Of a DNA stretch of 64,000 nucleotides, positions 24,946 to 36,525 are shown piece by piece (within the stretch, counting starts at the first letter, position 1; the number at the start of each line of letters is the position of its first letter). The translations under genes were made by a program, and so were the position numbers. The notes under the pieces were generated by a model. That model ran no database searches, was not told the origin of the DNA, and saw only the letters and a program-made list of their open reading frames with translations. The stretch is from Squalus acanthias (taxonomy: Eukaryota): NCBI GenBank assembly GCA_030390025.1, contig CM059432.1:66280001-66344000 (forward strand). The letters are read 5' to 3'.

Positions 24946-26029
24946 ATCAGCACCCACAGTCGGACCATTGTGGGAAATGATGGATATGCTGGAAATGTTT
25001 TTCCACCCATTAATTTTAATGGGCAGAATATCATAGGCTGAAGCCCACGATTTCTCACTGTGCACTTCCTGTGAGCGCAGCTCCTTGCGACACAGGCGGC
25101 CCGCAATTCAAGTCTTTGCTTGGGCGAGCTGCCTGTGTTGGCGTGACCAGGGCCAACAACTCATGCCAAGTATACTGATGAAGCTTGAGGATCAGTTCTC
25201 ATTGCTCAATGAGAACAGACTTGGCGTTGCATGACCAGCACATTTCTGAACCAAAATCTACTCCAAAAGGTGCTATATAAATGTAAGCAATTGTTGGTGT
25301 TGATAAATGTGGCTCATGGAGGAATTTTCTGTCTTTAGAGCCATTTCAAGCAACATGCCTTGAAGAGGGAACTGGACCCGTTCTTGACTGGGGCAGAAAT
25401 CGCATCATATAGAAAGTAAGGCCGCTCGAGAACTTAACTTGAGATTGTGCGGCGGCGCTAAAACTTACCACTGCGACCACCTGCGCGCGCAGATTATGAC
25501 GTCATTCCATGGTGCAACGCCCTTGGGGCGCCCCGGAGCGGAAATTGAGTGGCGCCCCCTGCCTTACCGCCTGGCGCATCCAACGACCAGAAGACTGGAA
25601 CGCTATCAATCGCTGTGGGGCTGGGGGGGGCGCTATTTAAAGGTAACCTCTTCGTGTCTTTTATTGTTGGTGGCATTTTTGAACTACGCATTCTGAGAGA
25701 GAGAGGGAGAGACTTCTGGAGAGATTCAACGTTGTGTGAAGGAGTTTTGGGTACTGAGCAGCACTTTGCAGGTTCATTTTGATTTGCCATTCCTTGTATC
25801 GATTTAGCAGAGACTGTGGGAGCTGCACTCTGAGCTCTTTGCCTGGTACTCTCCATTGTTCTTTCCAGCACATTTGATGTGCAAGTCTCTCCAGGCTGAG
25901 ATTCAAGGCTGCAATGAACAGGATGTTTCTATAGGTAACACTTGGCCCATGTGACCTCCTGGACTGGTTTTGATCGCCTGAGAGGTTTGGAGAGGAATTT
26001 TACAGAGTTCAACTAAATATTGGGAAGAC

Positions 26030-28269
26030 AGGGGAAAAATTTGTTTTCGACCATTTTGTGGCGCTAACATCACCTGGGCGCTAACTTTAGCGCCCGGCGC
26101 TAATTACAGCCGGCGACTGCAAAATTGAGTTTTAGCACCCCTAGAGGGAAGTGGAGCGTTAAATCAAGTGCTACACACTCCTCTTAGGGCGCTAACGTCA
26201 GAGCGGGGCGCAACCGCAGAACGCTACTCAAGCTCAGGCGCTGTCAATTACAAGTACTCAGACAGACTGTCGCCTTCCAGTTCTTAAAGGGGAGGGTCAA
26301 TCATGCTGCACAGCTTCACTCTGATAATTGCTGCTTATGAACTGGGCCTGCAAGGAGGTGCAATCCATCAACCACAAATCTCATGGCTGATCAGAGGCCC
26401 AGGGAGAAGGCTCGCCGGTTCAGCGACCAGGCATTGGAGGTTCTGGTCGCGGCCGTGGAATGCCGACGGGCAGTTCTCTTCCCAGACACTGGCAGGAGGC
26501 CATTGCCGCAGGACTTCAGGAGGATGTGGAGGGAGGTCGCCCAGTATGTCTCGGCCAGAAGTGCGGTCCACAGGACTCCCACCCAGTGCTGCAAGAAGTT
26601 CAATGACCTTACTCGGGTGGTCAGGGTGAGTACATGCTTCAAAAATCTGTACATGCCACCATTTCAACCTCACTCTATGCACAGACGGTATAAATCGCCA
26701 AATCCCCAACACTCACCCACCAACTATGCCCACCTGCTAAAACTGACATCCACATCTCACGCCTTGCATACATTAACAGCTATTCAACTATGGTAGGCAC
26801 ATCTGCCAAACACGTGGCTGCACACTCACTCACACGCTGTCCTTTTTCTTGCAGGCCAAGCTTGCTCATAACAGGTGGGAGCAGCAACACACGGGAGGAG
26901 GTCAGGCAGAGCTGCAACCCCTTACAGACCTGGAGGAGCGAATGCGCATCATCATTGCGGTCCAGGTCGTGGGTGCTATGGCGGTCGGAGATGTCGACCC
27001 CCTTGGGGACAACAATGGTATGTTCATCACCACTTTCTCTTTTCTCATACCACTTCTCCCTCACATCACAAGCCCTTCCCACTTTCCATCTAAGTATACT
27101 GTCTCCATTCTTTGCTCCCTTCCTGTCCCCCTCCCCTGATGTTAAACCCACTCTTGTGCCTTTATGCTTTCAGATAATCAGCCACCATCTGAGCAGCCTG
27201 TCCCTCAGCCTCCCAATGGCAGCGACACGGAAGAGGAGGAGGAACAATAAGCCAGAGCCTCACTGCCTGTGTCTCCCGAGGGCGAGACATCAGATAATGG
27301 GACCATGCGGTCGCTGGAGGGGAGCCGAGGAAATGTGTCTGATGTGGGTGAATCTCAAGGACCCAGCGGGCTGCAGCAATGCCATAGGGAAAGGGAAGCA
27401 CGAGTTCTGCTGCACAGGATTTGGATGAGGACGTCGATGTGGAGGCATTGACCAGACGGGCAATGGGCATGCAATGGCAAGGGTGCCCGAGAGCATGGAT
27501 GCACTGGCTAGAAACATGGAGGAGTCCACCTCCAGCATTGCACTCATCTCTGCGCAAACCATTGAGCCTATCCTTGACAGTTTGCTAGGGATGGTTGCCT
27601 TGCAGAGAGACCGTGGGGACCCAGACCTCATGCCGCGTGTAATGGGTGAGGTGGCAGCAGCTATTGCAGCACAGGCCGAGGCAACGCAATGGCTTAGTAC
27701 TGTAATGGAGTCAGTGGTTGGTGACATCCAATCTCAGATTGCTCTCATGCAGTCCAGTGCCAATACAGCCCCCATTAAGTGTTGGAAACGTTGCACTATC
27801 AAATGTAACTCAAATGAAAGTGATACATTTTTGTCAGTTGCAAAACTCCTTCAAGTAGAAAAAGCTCAAATCAGTAAAATCACCTGTCTACTTCTGTCAA
27901 ACTGACAAGGCAGCATTGTTTGCCGACTAAAAAAAAAACGGATGTTCACGCCTTTATATAGAGCTCCTCCAGTACTCAACCGACTGCAAACCGCCTCTTC
28001 TACCTGTCGTTGCTAATGGCAGGCGCTGAGGCAGGGGACGAGAATTAATTTCCAGTCCGGGGCGCTACCAGGGCGATGCGCGGCCAGATGCCGTCACGCT
28101 CTCCAGCCGCAGGTGGGCGTGGTAATAGCGGTTAGCGCCGCCGCAAACCACCAGGTGAATTTCGCCGGCAGCGTTAGCATCGCAGCGCCCGGGCAGTAAG
28201 TCGCTAGTGCCCTGTTAGTGCCTGCCGGAGGCGCTAACTGGAGGCGCTAAGGTACCCAATGTCTAGCCC
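26030..28269 (+). mobile_element. Non-autonomous Harbinger carrying only the Myb/SANT gene
   Basis: Left end aggggaaaaatt and both subterminal regions match 10525-11255 and 42286-43092. No matching TSD found. Confidence 0.85.
26383..27770 (+). pseudogene. Three-exon Harbinger Myb/SANT-like DNA-binding protein gene (exons 26383-26625, 26855-27017, 27174-~27770)
   Basis: Exon 1 MADQRPREKARRFSDQALEVLV...WREVA...RTPTQCCKKFNDLTRVVR|GTGAGT. Acceptor ttgcag. Exon 2 AKLAHNR...TGGG...G|GTATGT. Acceptor tttcag. Exon 3 has an in-frame TAA and a frameshift. Confidence 0.85.
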
Positions 28270-28270
28270 A

Positions 28271-28969
28271 AAAATTGTCTTCGGTCCCCGCCACAAACTC
28301 TGTTCCCTAGCCACTGACTCCTTCCCTCTCCCTGGCAACTTTCTGAAGCTGAACCAGACTTTTCACAACCTTGTATTAGATTTGACCCAGAAATGAGCTC
28401 CCGACCACATATCCGTGCCATCAATAAAACTGCCTATTTCTATCTCTGTAACATTGCCCGATCCACCCCTGCTTCAGCTCATCTGCTGCTGAAACCCTCA
28501 TCCATACCTCTGTTACCTCTAGATTTGACTATTCCAATGCACTCCTGGCCGGCCTGCCAAGTTCTACCCTCCATAAACTTGAGGTCATCCATAACTCAGC
28601 TGCCCGTGCCCTAACTTGCACCAAGTCCTGTTCACCCATCAGTTCACTGCTCACTGACCTACATAGGCTCCTCCAATTCTGGCCTCTTGAGCATCCCTGA
28701 TTTTAATCACTCCACCATTGGCGGCCGTGCCTTCAGCTGCCAAGGCCCTAAGCTCTGGAATTCCCTCCCTAAACATCGCCGCCTCTCTACCTCTCTTTCC
28801 TTTTTTAAGACGCTCCTTAAAACCTACCTCTTTGACCAAGCTTTTGGTCATCTGCCCTAATATCTCCTTATGTGGCTCAGTGTCAAATTTTGTTTAATAA
28901 CGCACCTGTGAAGCACCTTGGGATGTTTTACTATGGTAAAGGCGCTATACAAATACAAGTTGTTGTTGT
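28271..28969 (+). mobile_element. L2-like LINE 3' end
   Basis: Degenerate 'VTSRFDYSNALLAGLP' and 'AFS...LWNSLP...FLRRSLKPT/LKTYL' segments. Tail aaggcgctatacaaatacaagttgttgttgt. Confidence 0.85.
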
Positions 28970-29506
28970 AAGCTAGGATTTTTTTTCACCTACAATAAAA
29001 GTGATCAAATATTGGGTTTGTTTGAGTTTTTAAGTTCTAAACATCCCACTGCACCCTCAATGCACCCCTCATCTTCAGATGTCATTAGGCTTATATTCAG
29101 GGCTGTTATTGAGTGATCAGCTTTATGAAGGCTGTATCAGATTTTGTGAAATTGTTGGTCAGTGGTTGCTAGTTTCCTAGCTTGGCATGTATGAAAAGGT
29201 CCATGATGCCAAAAGGCACTGAGACCTTGGAGAAAAAGGTGAAGCTTTCTGATTCTCTCAGTGGTGACATCATTAACACCAAGGGAACTCCCACAGGCTC
29301 ACCGTGAATACTAAATTATGGGGAAACCCAGAAGTTCTGGTACGAATGGCCATACACTACAGGTCAGGTGGGTGTTCCACAGCTCACCATTCCTGCCACT
29401 AACTCACTCAAATAGAACTGTTTCCCTCTGGAAAACGGATTCAATTTGCAGTGTAATTTGTGGGCATTAATGAAAATCTGCAAGACACGCACATGAATCA
29501 TGAGTA

Positions 29507-29870
29507 AAGAAAGAACTTGTATTTATATAACACCTTTCATTACCTCAAGATGTCCCAAAGCATTTTACATCCAATGAAGTACTTTGAAGTACAGTCACTG
29601 AGGTAATGTTGGAAACATGACACCCAATTTGCACACAACAAGGTGCCACAAACAGCAACGTGATAATGACCAGATTATCTGTTTTTAGTGATGTTGGTTG
29701 GTGATATCGGGAGAACTCCCCTGCTCTTGTTCAAATAGTGCTATAGGATCTTTTACGTCCACCTGAGAGGACAGACGAGGCCTCGGTTTAACGTCTCATC
29801 CGAAAGACAGCACCTCCAACAGGGCAGTGCTTTCTCAGTACTGCACTGGAGTGTCAGCCTAGATTTTGTG
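29507..29870 (-). mobile_element. Deu-domain SINE (SacSINE1/AmnSINE1-like), 5'-truncated
   Basis: cctcggtttaacgtctcatccgaaagacagcacctcc and gatcttttacgtccacctgag segments. Minus-strand 3' end aggtgttatataaatacaagttctttc. Confidence 0.8.
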
Positions 29871-31056
29871 AGTATTGGCAGTACTCCTACAAGAGTGTGG
29901 CACTCTCAATGCGGTTTTCAGTGCTGAGGGTGACGACACCTCGGGGGAGTGCAGTCTAGAGCGTATCCACGGCACTGTGGGGCAAATGACTGCATATGGA
30001 GGCACAGCAAAGTGTAGAACTGCAGTAGTCATAGGGGATTCGATAGTCAGGGAGATAGACAGGCGTTTCTGCAACTGCCGATGTGATTCTTGCATGGTGT
30101 GTTCCCTGGTGCCAGGGTAAAGTACCTCACTGAGAGGGTGCATAACACTTGAGGGGGGTAGGAAAAGAGCCAGAAGTCGTGGTCCATGTGGGAACCAATG
30201 GCATAGGAAGGAAAAAGGTTGACATCCTGCAGTCGGAGTTTCAGGTGCTGGAGAAATGGTGCAGGAGGGATGACTTCAGATTCCTGGGCTATTGGGAACA
30301 GTTCAGGGGGCAGGAGAGACCTGTTGAAGGTGGACGGGTTGCACCTCAACAGAGCTGGGACCACAATGTCCTTGCATGAAGGTTAACTAGTGCTGTGGGG
30401 GAGGGTTTAAACTAATTTGGCAGGGGCATATAAATGGGCACCAGGATGAAGCATTAGAGAGGAGAATCAAGGACTAGGAGAGACAAATAGCATTAGAGGA
30501 AAGAATATTTCAGAAATAGGAGGGCTCAGACAGGGGCAAATGCAAGGCATTTGGATTGGTCTGGCGTGCATGTACGTAAATGCACCTAGCATGGTAAATA
30601 AGGTTGGTGAGCTGCAGGCACATGTTGGCACATAAGACTATGATATAGTGGCAATAACAGAGACCTGGCTCAAAGAAGGGGAGGATTGGGAGCTTAATAT
30701 TCCTGGTTACAACGTATTCAGGAAAGATAGGGAAGTAAAAAAAGGAGGGGGGCTGGCAGTATTGATCAAATAAACTATTATAGCCCTGGCGAGGGATGAT
30801 GTAATTGAGGGGTCAAAGAGAGTCTATCTTGTTAGAATTGAAGAACAATAGAGGAGTTATTACGCTACTAGGTGTATACTATAGGCCACCAAAAAGTGCG
30901 AAGGAGATAGAGAAGCAAATTACAGAAAGATGCTAGAATTACAGAGTAGTGATAATGCGGGACTTCAATTATCCTAATATAGACTGGAATAGTAACAGTG
31001 TAAAGAGCAAAGACGGGGAGGAGGGCTAACTTCAGTGAGTTGAGAAGGGATCTAGC

Positions 31057-33766
31057 CAAAGTTCCCTCTAATTTTTTTATACTGAGCGGGCCTCAAACTT
31101 CTTTGAGCGCGGCCTTTTAAACCATGGGCAGATTTTACTACAACAACAACTTTTACAACAATGATAGCAACAGCAACCACTTAAAAGCATATATACAGTA
31201 ATGCCATATTGCCACCCCACCGTTTCAAATCATGAGACAATCAGACAAGGTTCGATTCAAGTTTAACATAACTTCTCTGCTTTTGAATTCTATTCCTCTA
31301 AAAATGAGGTCAATGCTTTATTTGCACTTTTATGGCTTTTTTAACCTGCGTTGCTACATTTAATGATTTGTGAATCTATACCCCTAGATCCCTTTGCACC
31401 TCTACTCCATTTAGACTCTTATTTTCCAAGGGGTAGGTCGCCTCCTTATTCCTCCTACCAAAATGCACCACCTCACACCTATCTATATTGAAATTCATTT
31501 GTCATTCTGCAAGTTTGTTTACAGTAGAATTAATTAAATGCTTTTACAAACATGTACAACTCTATTAAAAAAATTACTTGTCAGAAATGACCGGGATATA
31601 AAAGAACTGCATAATAATGCATTAACACTTCAGAAATGTCACCCTGTTACACAGTTGTGCATAGACATAAACAATCCAAAAGCCCAAGGTAAGCTGAAAG
31701 AGGCATATCTATTCATGCAATTTGTATTAATTTTATAGTTTTCAACGTATTATCCCATCCCTCATGTCACTATAGCAGTGGCTGCACAAGCATCAGGAGT
31801 AGCGGCTTTCCTATACATGTTGTATGTCCACATCAGTACAGTAATTAGAATATTATTCACAATGCAACCAGACACCCAACAAATATAAAGTGCTGTAGTT
31901 CTTTAGTTCACAGTATTAAAAAGAATTGAAAAAAAATGGTATTTTCAACTTCAATCACTTCCATTAATAAATGTGGTCTTCTTGAACCAGCACCCCCCCC
32001 GCATGTAACATGTCAGAAATGCAGCACTTATTCACAAGTGCAGAAAAACACATACACAATTTGTGTTACCAAATTAAAAACAAAAAGTAGGAAAAGCTAT
32101 GATTTAACAGAAATAAACACTCATCTTTCTTCCTGGACAGAAGAACCAATCAGACTGACTTGGAAATGTTTACTAGTATGGTGACATAAAGATGTTAATT
32201 TACAAATTTTGCTTCTAATGTTTTGCTCTCAAACATTCTCCCCAATATTAATCCCTGCTCTTAAATGTAAGGAAGTCTGACTACGATTGTACAGGGCTTT
32301 GGTGAGACCACATCTGGAGTACTGTGCACAGTTTTGGTCTCCTTATCTGAGGAAGGATATACTTGCTTCAGAGGCGTTGCAACAAAGGTTCACTAGATTG
32401 ATTCCTGGGGTGAGAGGGTCGTCCTGTGAGGAGAGATTGAGTAGATTGGGCCTATACTCACCGGAGTTTAGAAGAATGAGAGGTGATCTCATAGAAACAT
32501 ACAAGATTCTGAGGGGGATTGACAGGGCAGATGCTGAGAGATTGTTTCCCCTGGCTGGAGTGTCTAGAACTAGGGGGCATAGTCTCAGGATAAGGGGTCG
32601 GCCATTTACGACTGAGATGAGGAGGAATTTCTTCACTCAGAGGGTTGTGAATCTTTAGAATTGTCTACCCCAGAGGGCAGTGGATACTGAGTCGGTGAGT
32701 ATATTCAAGGCTGAGATAGATAGATTTTTGGATTCTAAGGGAATCGAGGGATCTGGGGATCGGGCGGGAAAATGGAGTTGAGGTCGAAGATCAGCCAGGA
32801 TCTTATTGAATGGTGGAGCAGGCTCGAAGGGCCGTATGGCCTACTCCTGCTCCTAATTCTTATGCTCTTATGTTCTTAAGTGAAATGTTTCAGCCTTTGC
32901 ATGTTAAAATTGGGGACCAAAGTGAATGGCCCAAAAACTGGTGTCAAATCAAACAGTTGATCCAAAGGCATTTGAGCCATAAACAAAGGGTAGCAGTTAT
33001 ATTTGGGCTATGTACTACAGTATCATTGACATCACTGGCACAACAGTTTTTTTTAAAGGGCCAATCGGGTCCCTTGAAAAGGGGGACTGATTTTCTGGTA
33101 ATGCTTGCATTTTTGGCTAACACCCATGCCTGGACCCTTTGGCTAATTGCTTGTTCAGCTAGGATATGCAGGCATACTGGCTGCTTTGCATAAACCAGGC
33201 TGAGAATGAGGGAATTCCTGACATCAGGGGCCATTTTTGGGGCAGCTGGAAGTTCTGTCTCAAACAAGTCCCCACAGAAACTATCAACGAGACCTGTTGA
33301 ATCCACATCCTGAGACAATTTCTGGCCTCTCCAAAGGACTTCCAGGGGACTTACCAGTGTGGCCAATAGCCCTGCAGATTAGTAAAATAATGTTTCTTTA
33401 ACTTAGCACTACGCTTGTTACTGGCCAGGACTGCGTGCTGACAATCACTCAGGTTGCTGAGGTACTTACTGACTTGCCTTTCTTTGACTGTCTAATAACC
33501 CCCTCTGGCTGCACTCACACTCCCGTAGCACACTGAAGCAGTGGCTGGACTGGCCTGCCAATCACACGGCTGTCAATCACACAGCCTGCCAATCACATGG
33601 CTGCCAGTGAGGTGCGGTTATGGCACAGCTGCCTGCCTCGAGTCAGCGTCCCCGCAAAGCTTCAGTGTGCCACGGGAGCGCGAGTGCGTGGCCCATTTAT
33701 TTAACTGCTCGGCCCTATCAAGAGTGTTGCGTGGCCGCGCACGCGCACAACTTCAGCGGAACAGTG
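31057..33766. mobile_element. Non-autonomous hAT-like DNA transposon
   Basis: 8-bp TSD gatctagc (31049-31056) / gatctggc (33767-33774). Imperfect TIRs caaagttccctctaa / ttcagcggaacagtg. Contains CR1 pieces at ~31250-31520 (-) and 32263-32878 (+). No transposase recognised. Confidence 0.75.
32263..32878 (+). mobile_element. 5'-truncated CR1
   Basis: ORF 32287-32658 YRALVRPHLEYCAQFWSP...FFTQRVVNL, CR1 3'UTR, tail ttcttatgctcttatgttct. Confidence 0.93.
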
Positions 33767-35056
33767 GATCTGGCCCAGGTAGATTGGAATCAAAAATTGG
33801 TAGGCAAAACAATCATTGAAAAATAGGAGGATTTCAAAGAGAAGATGGTTCGGGTACAGAATGGACACATTCCTACAAGGGAGAAAGGAAGGGCATCCAA
33901 AACCAGAGCTCCCTGGATGACAAAAGATGTAGAGATTAAAATGAGACAGAAAAAGGAGGCTTATGACAAATGTAAGGTTTGTAATACAGTAGAGAACTAA
34001 GGTGAATATAGAAAGTACAGAGGAGATCTATAAAACAGAATAAGAGATGCAAAGAGAGTGTATGAGAATAGATTACCAGCTAACATAAAAGGGAACCTAA
34101 AAGTCTTTCATAATCATATAAATAGTAAAAGGGTAGTTAAAGAAAGGGTGGTGCCAATTGGGAACTAAAAAGGATGTGCTGTATCATTCCATGATTCTAT
34201 GATCAGACGTTTTCTCACAGGATACAATGAAATTCAGAGGAAGACTTGCCCTAGACAGCTTCAGCAACCTCTTGGTCACTAGCTCAAGAAGCACATTAGG
34301 CCTCATGATGAGCATGCTTCCCCAACCAAGAAAGCACTATTCCTGAGCTCAGCCAATGTCACTTTTGAGCCGATCAGTCAATTAGGGCAAAATTTTTACC
34401 TTTGAGTGGGTTGAAGTGCGGGGTGGGATTGGGGGGGTAGTGGTGGTGGCTGCCTAGCGGGTCGCTGTCACGAACGGTTCATCAGCGCACTCTCCACTGG
34501 GTGTTAAACTTAACTAGATCACTTGACTGAGTCATGTGTGTTTCCCAGCCAATTAAATGGAGCGGGTCTGATGACGTCACAGATTCACAGATGACTTGAC
34601 TTCAGCTCAACTATTTAAAGGGGAAGTGTACAGATGAGAGTTGAAGGTTGCTGGAGGTGGTCAAGAGGTGCTTGTAAGAGGTGCCTGTCGGTGTTACAGC
34701 CAATACTTTGACTTAGACTGTGAGGGTGCAATCATTTAGAGGCAATGATGCAGTCTGAGTGCCAGAAGGCAGCGCCCAGGTTTTCAGATTCCTTCCTGGA
34801 AATTCTGCTCTGGGGAGTGAGAGCAGGGAAGGAGGTCCTCTTCCCTGGTGATGGCAGGAAGAGGCCAGCCAGTGAAACCCAGAGGGCATGGCTGGAGATT
34901 GCACAAGAAGTGAGCAGCAGGGATGTTGTCACCCACTCCTGGATTCAATACAGGAAGAGATTTAATGATAGAACATAGAAACATAAAACCATAGAAACAT
35001 AGAAAAATAGGAGCAGGAGTAGGCCATTCAACCTTTCGAGCCTGCTCCATCATTCA

Positions 35057-35377
35057 TAGAAACATAGAAACATAGAATCTAGGAGCAGGAGTAGGCCATT
35101 CGGCCCGTCGAGCCTGCTCCACCATTCAATACGATCATGGCTGATCATCCAAATCCAGTACCCTGTCCCTGCTTTTAATCTCCACAGTACACATATCCCA
35201 CCCTACCCCCGTAACCCCACGTATTTAATTCCCCCTAACATATCCCATCCTATCCCCATAACCCCACATATTTAATCCCCCCCTAACACTAAGGGTCAAT
35301 TTATCATAGCCAAATTAACCTAACCCGCACATTTTTGGACTGTGGGAGGAAACCGGAGCACCCGGAGGAAACCCACT
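35057..35377 (-). mobile_element. 5'-truncated V-SINE with a long CR1-derived tail, inserted in a CR1 3'UTR
   Basis: TSD attca (35052-35056, 35378-35382). Nearly identical to 41255-41570. Confidence 0.88.
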
Positions 35378-35898
35378 ATTCAATATGATCATGGCTGATC
35401 CTCTATCTTAATACCATATTCCCGCGCTCTCCCCATACCCCTTGATGCCTTTTGTATCTAGAAATCTATCTATCTCCTTCTTAAATATATTCAGTGACTT
35501 GGCTTCCACTGCCTTCTGTGGTAGAGAATTCCAAAGGTTCACCACCTTCTGAGTGAAGAAATTTCTCCTCATCTCAGTCCTAAATGTCCTACCCCGTATC
35601 CTGAGACTGTGATCCCTCATTCTAGACGCCCTAGCCAGGGGAAACATCCTCCCTGCATCCAGTCTGTCTAGCCCTGTCTGAATTTTATATGTTTCAATGA
35701 GATCCCCTCTCATTCTTCTAAACTCTAGTGAATACAGGCCTAGTCGACCCAATCTCTCCTCATACGACAGTCCTGCCATCCCAGGAATTAGTCTGGTGAA
35801 CCTTTGCTGCACTCCCTCTATGGCAAGTATATCCTTTCTTAGGTAAGGAGACCAAAACTGCACACAGGTGTGGTCTCACCAAGGCCCTGTATAACTGT

Positions 35899-35981
35899 TC
35901 ACCTGAGGAAGGAGCGATAGTTCCGAAAGCTTGTGATTTCAAATAAAACTGTTGGACTATAACCTGGTGTTGTGCGACCTC
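35899..35981 (+). mobile_element. 83-bp Penelope-like insertion with hammerhead motif (35899-35936)
   Basis: TSD taactgt (35892-35898, 35982-35988). TCAC CTGAGGA A GGAGC gata GTTCC GAAAGCTT GTGA, then aataaa and gttggactataacctggtgttgtgcgac. Confidence 0.88.
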
Positions 35982-36161
35982 TAACTGTAGTAAGACATCC
36001 TTGCTCCTGTACTCAAATCCTCTTGAAATGAAGGCCAACATACCATTTGCCTTCCTAACTGCTTGCTGCACCTGCATGTTTGCTTTCAGTGGCTGGTGTA
36101 CAAGGACACCCAGGTCCCGCTGTACATCAACATTTCCCAATCTATCACCATTTTAGTAATA

Positions 36162-36525
36162 CAGGAAACTCTCTTTTAACTGGCACCCAAATAACCGGAA
36201 ATCTCTCTTAACCGGCAAAATTCTTGAGTAGGTAACCGGGGTTTTCCTTCATCTCTCCTTTAAAAATAACTTTAAAAAAACCCCCGAGGCGTTTGCCTTA
36301 TATCGGAGCATGTAGATTGGGAGGGGAATGCGCAGCCCGGGTAGGCAGCGGACACGACAGATGGTCAGCTGGCGGTCCCCGGGGAGACGGAGCTCCGAAT
36401 GCAGGCGCATGTCAGTGTGTACGGGGCTCTCGTACGTTGGGAGATATAACTCTCCGTTATCCGGACTTTTTGATTAACCGGCACCACGCTGGTCCCGTTG
36501 GTGCCGGTTAATAAAGAGTTTCCTG
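36162..36525. mobile_element. Tc1/mariner (pogo/Tigger-like) MITE
   Basis: TA TSD (36160-36161, 36526-36527). 26-bp TIR caggaaactctcttttaactggcacc / ggtgccggttaataaagagtttcctg with 3 mismatches. Confidence 0.88.

Larger units (their letters stand above)
29910..34170 (+). mobile_element. Degenerate CR1 5' region (ORF1 esterase and ORF2 EN, internally deleted), split by a hAT-like insert
   Basis: VIGDSIVR, VVVHVGTNGIG, AITETWL and YRPP motifs in 29910-31056. Sequence resumes at 33767 (gatctggcccaggtagattgg). Confidence 0.85.

Noticed and set aside
34970..35300. CRISPR-like or satellite array
   Set aside because: The repeats are CR1/SINE 8-mer tails, two stacked 3'UTRs and a SINE-internal duplication. 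There are no repeat-spacer units or cas genes, and the context is eukaryotic.
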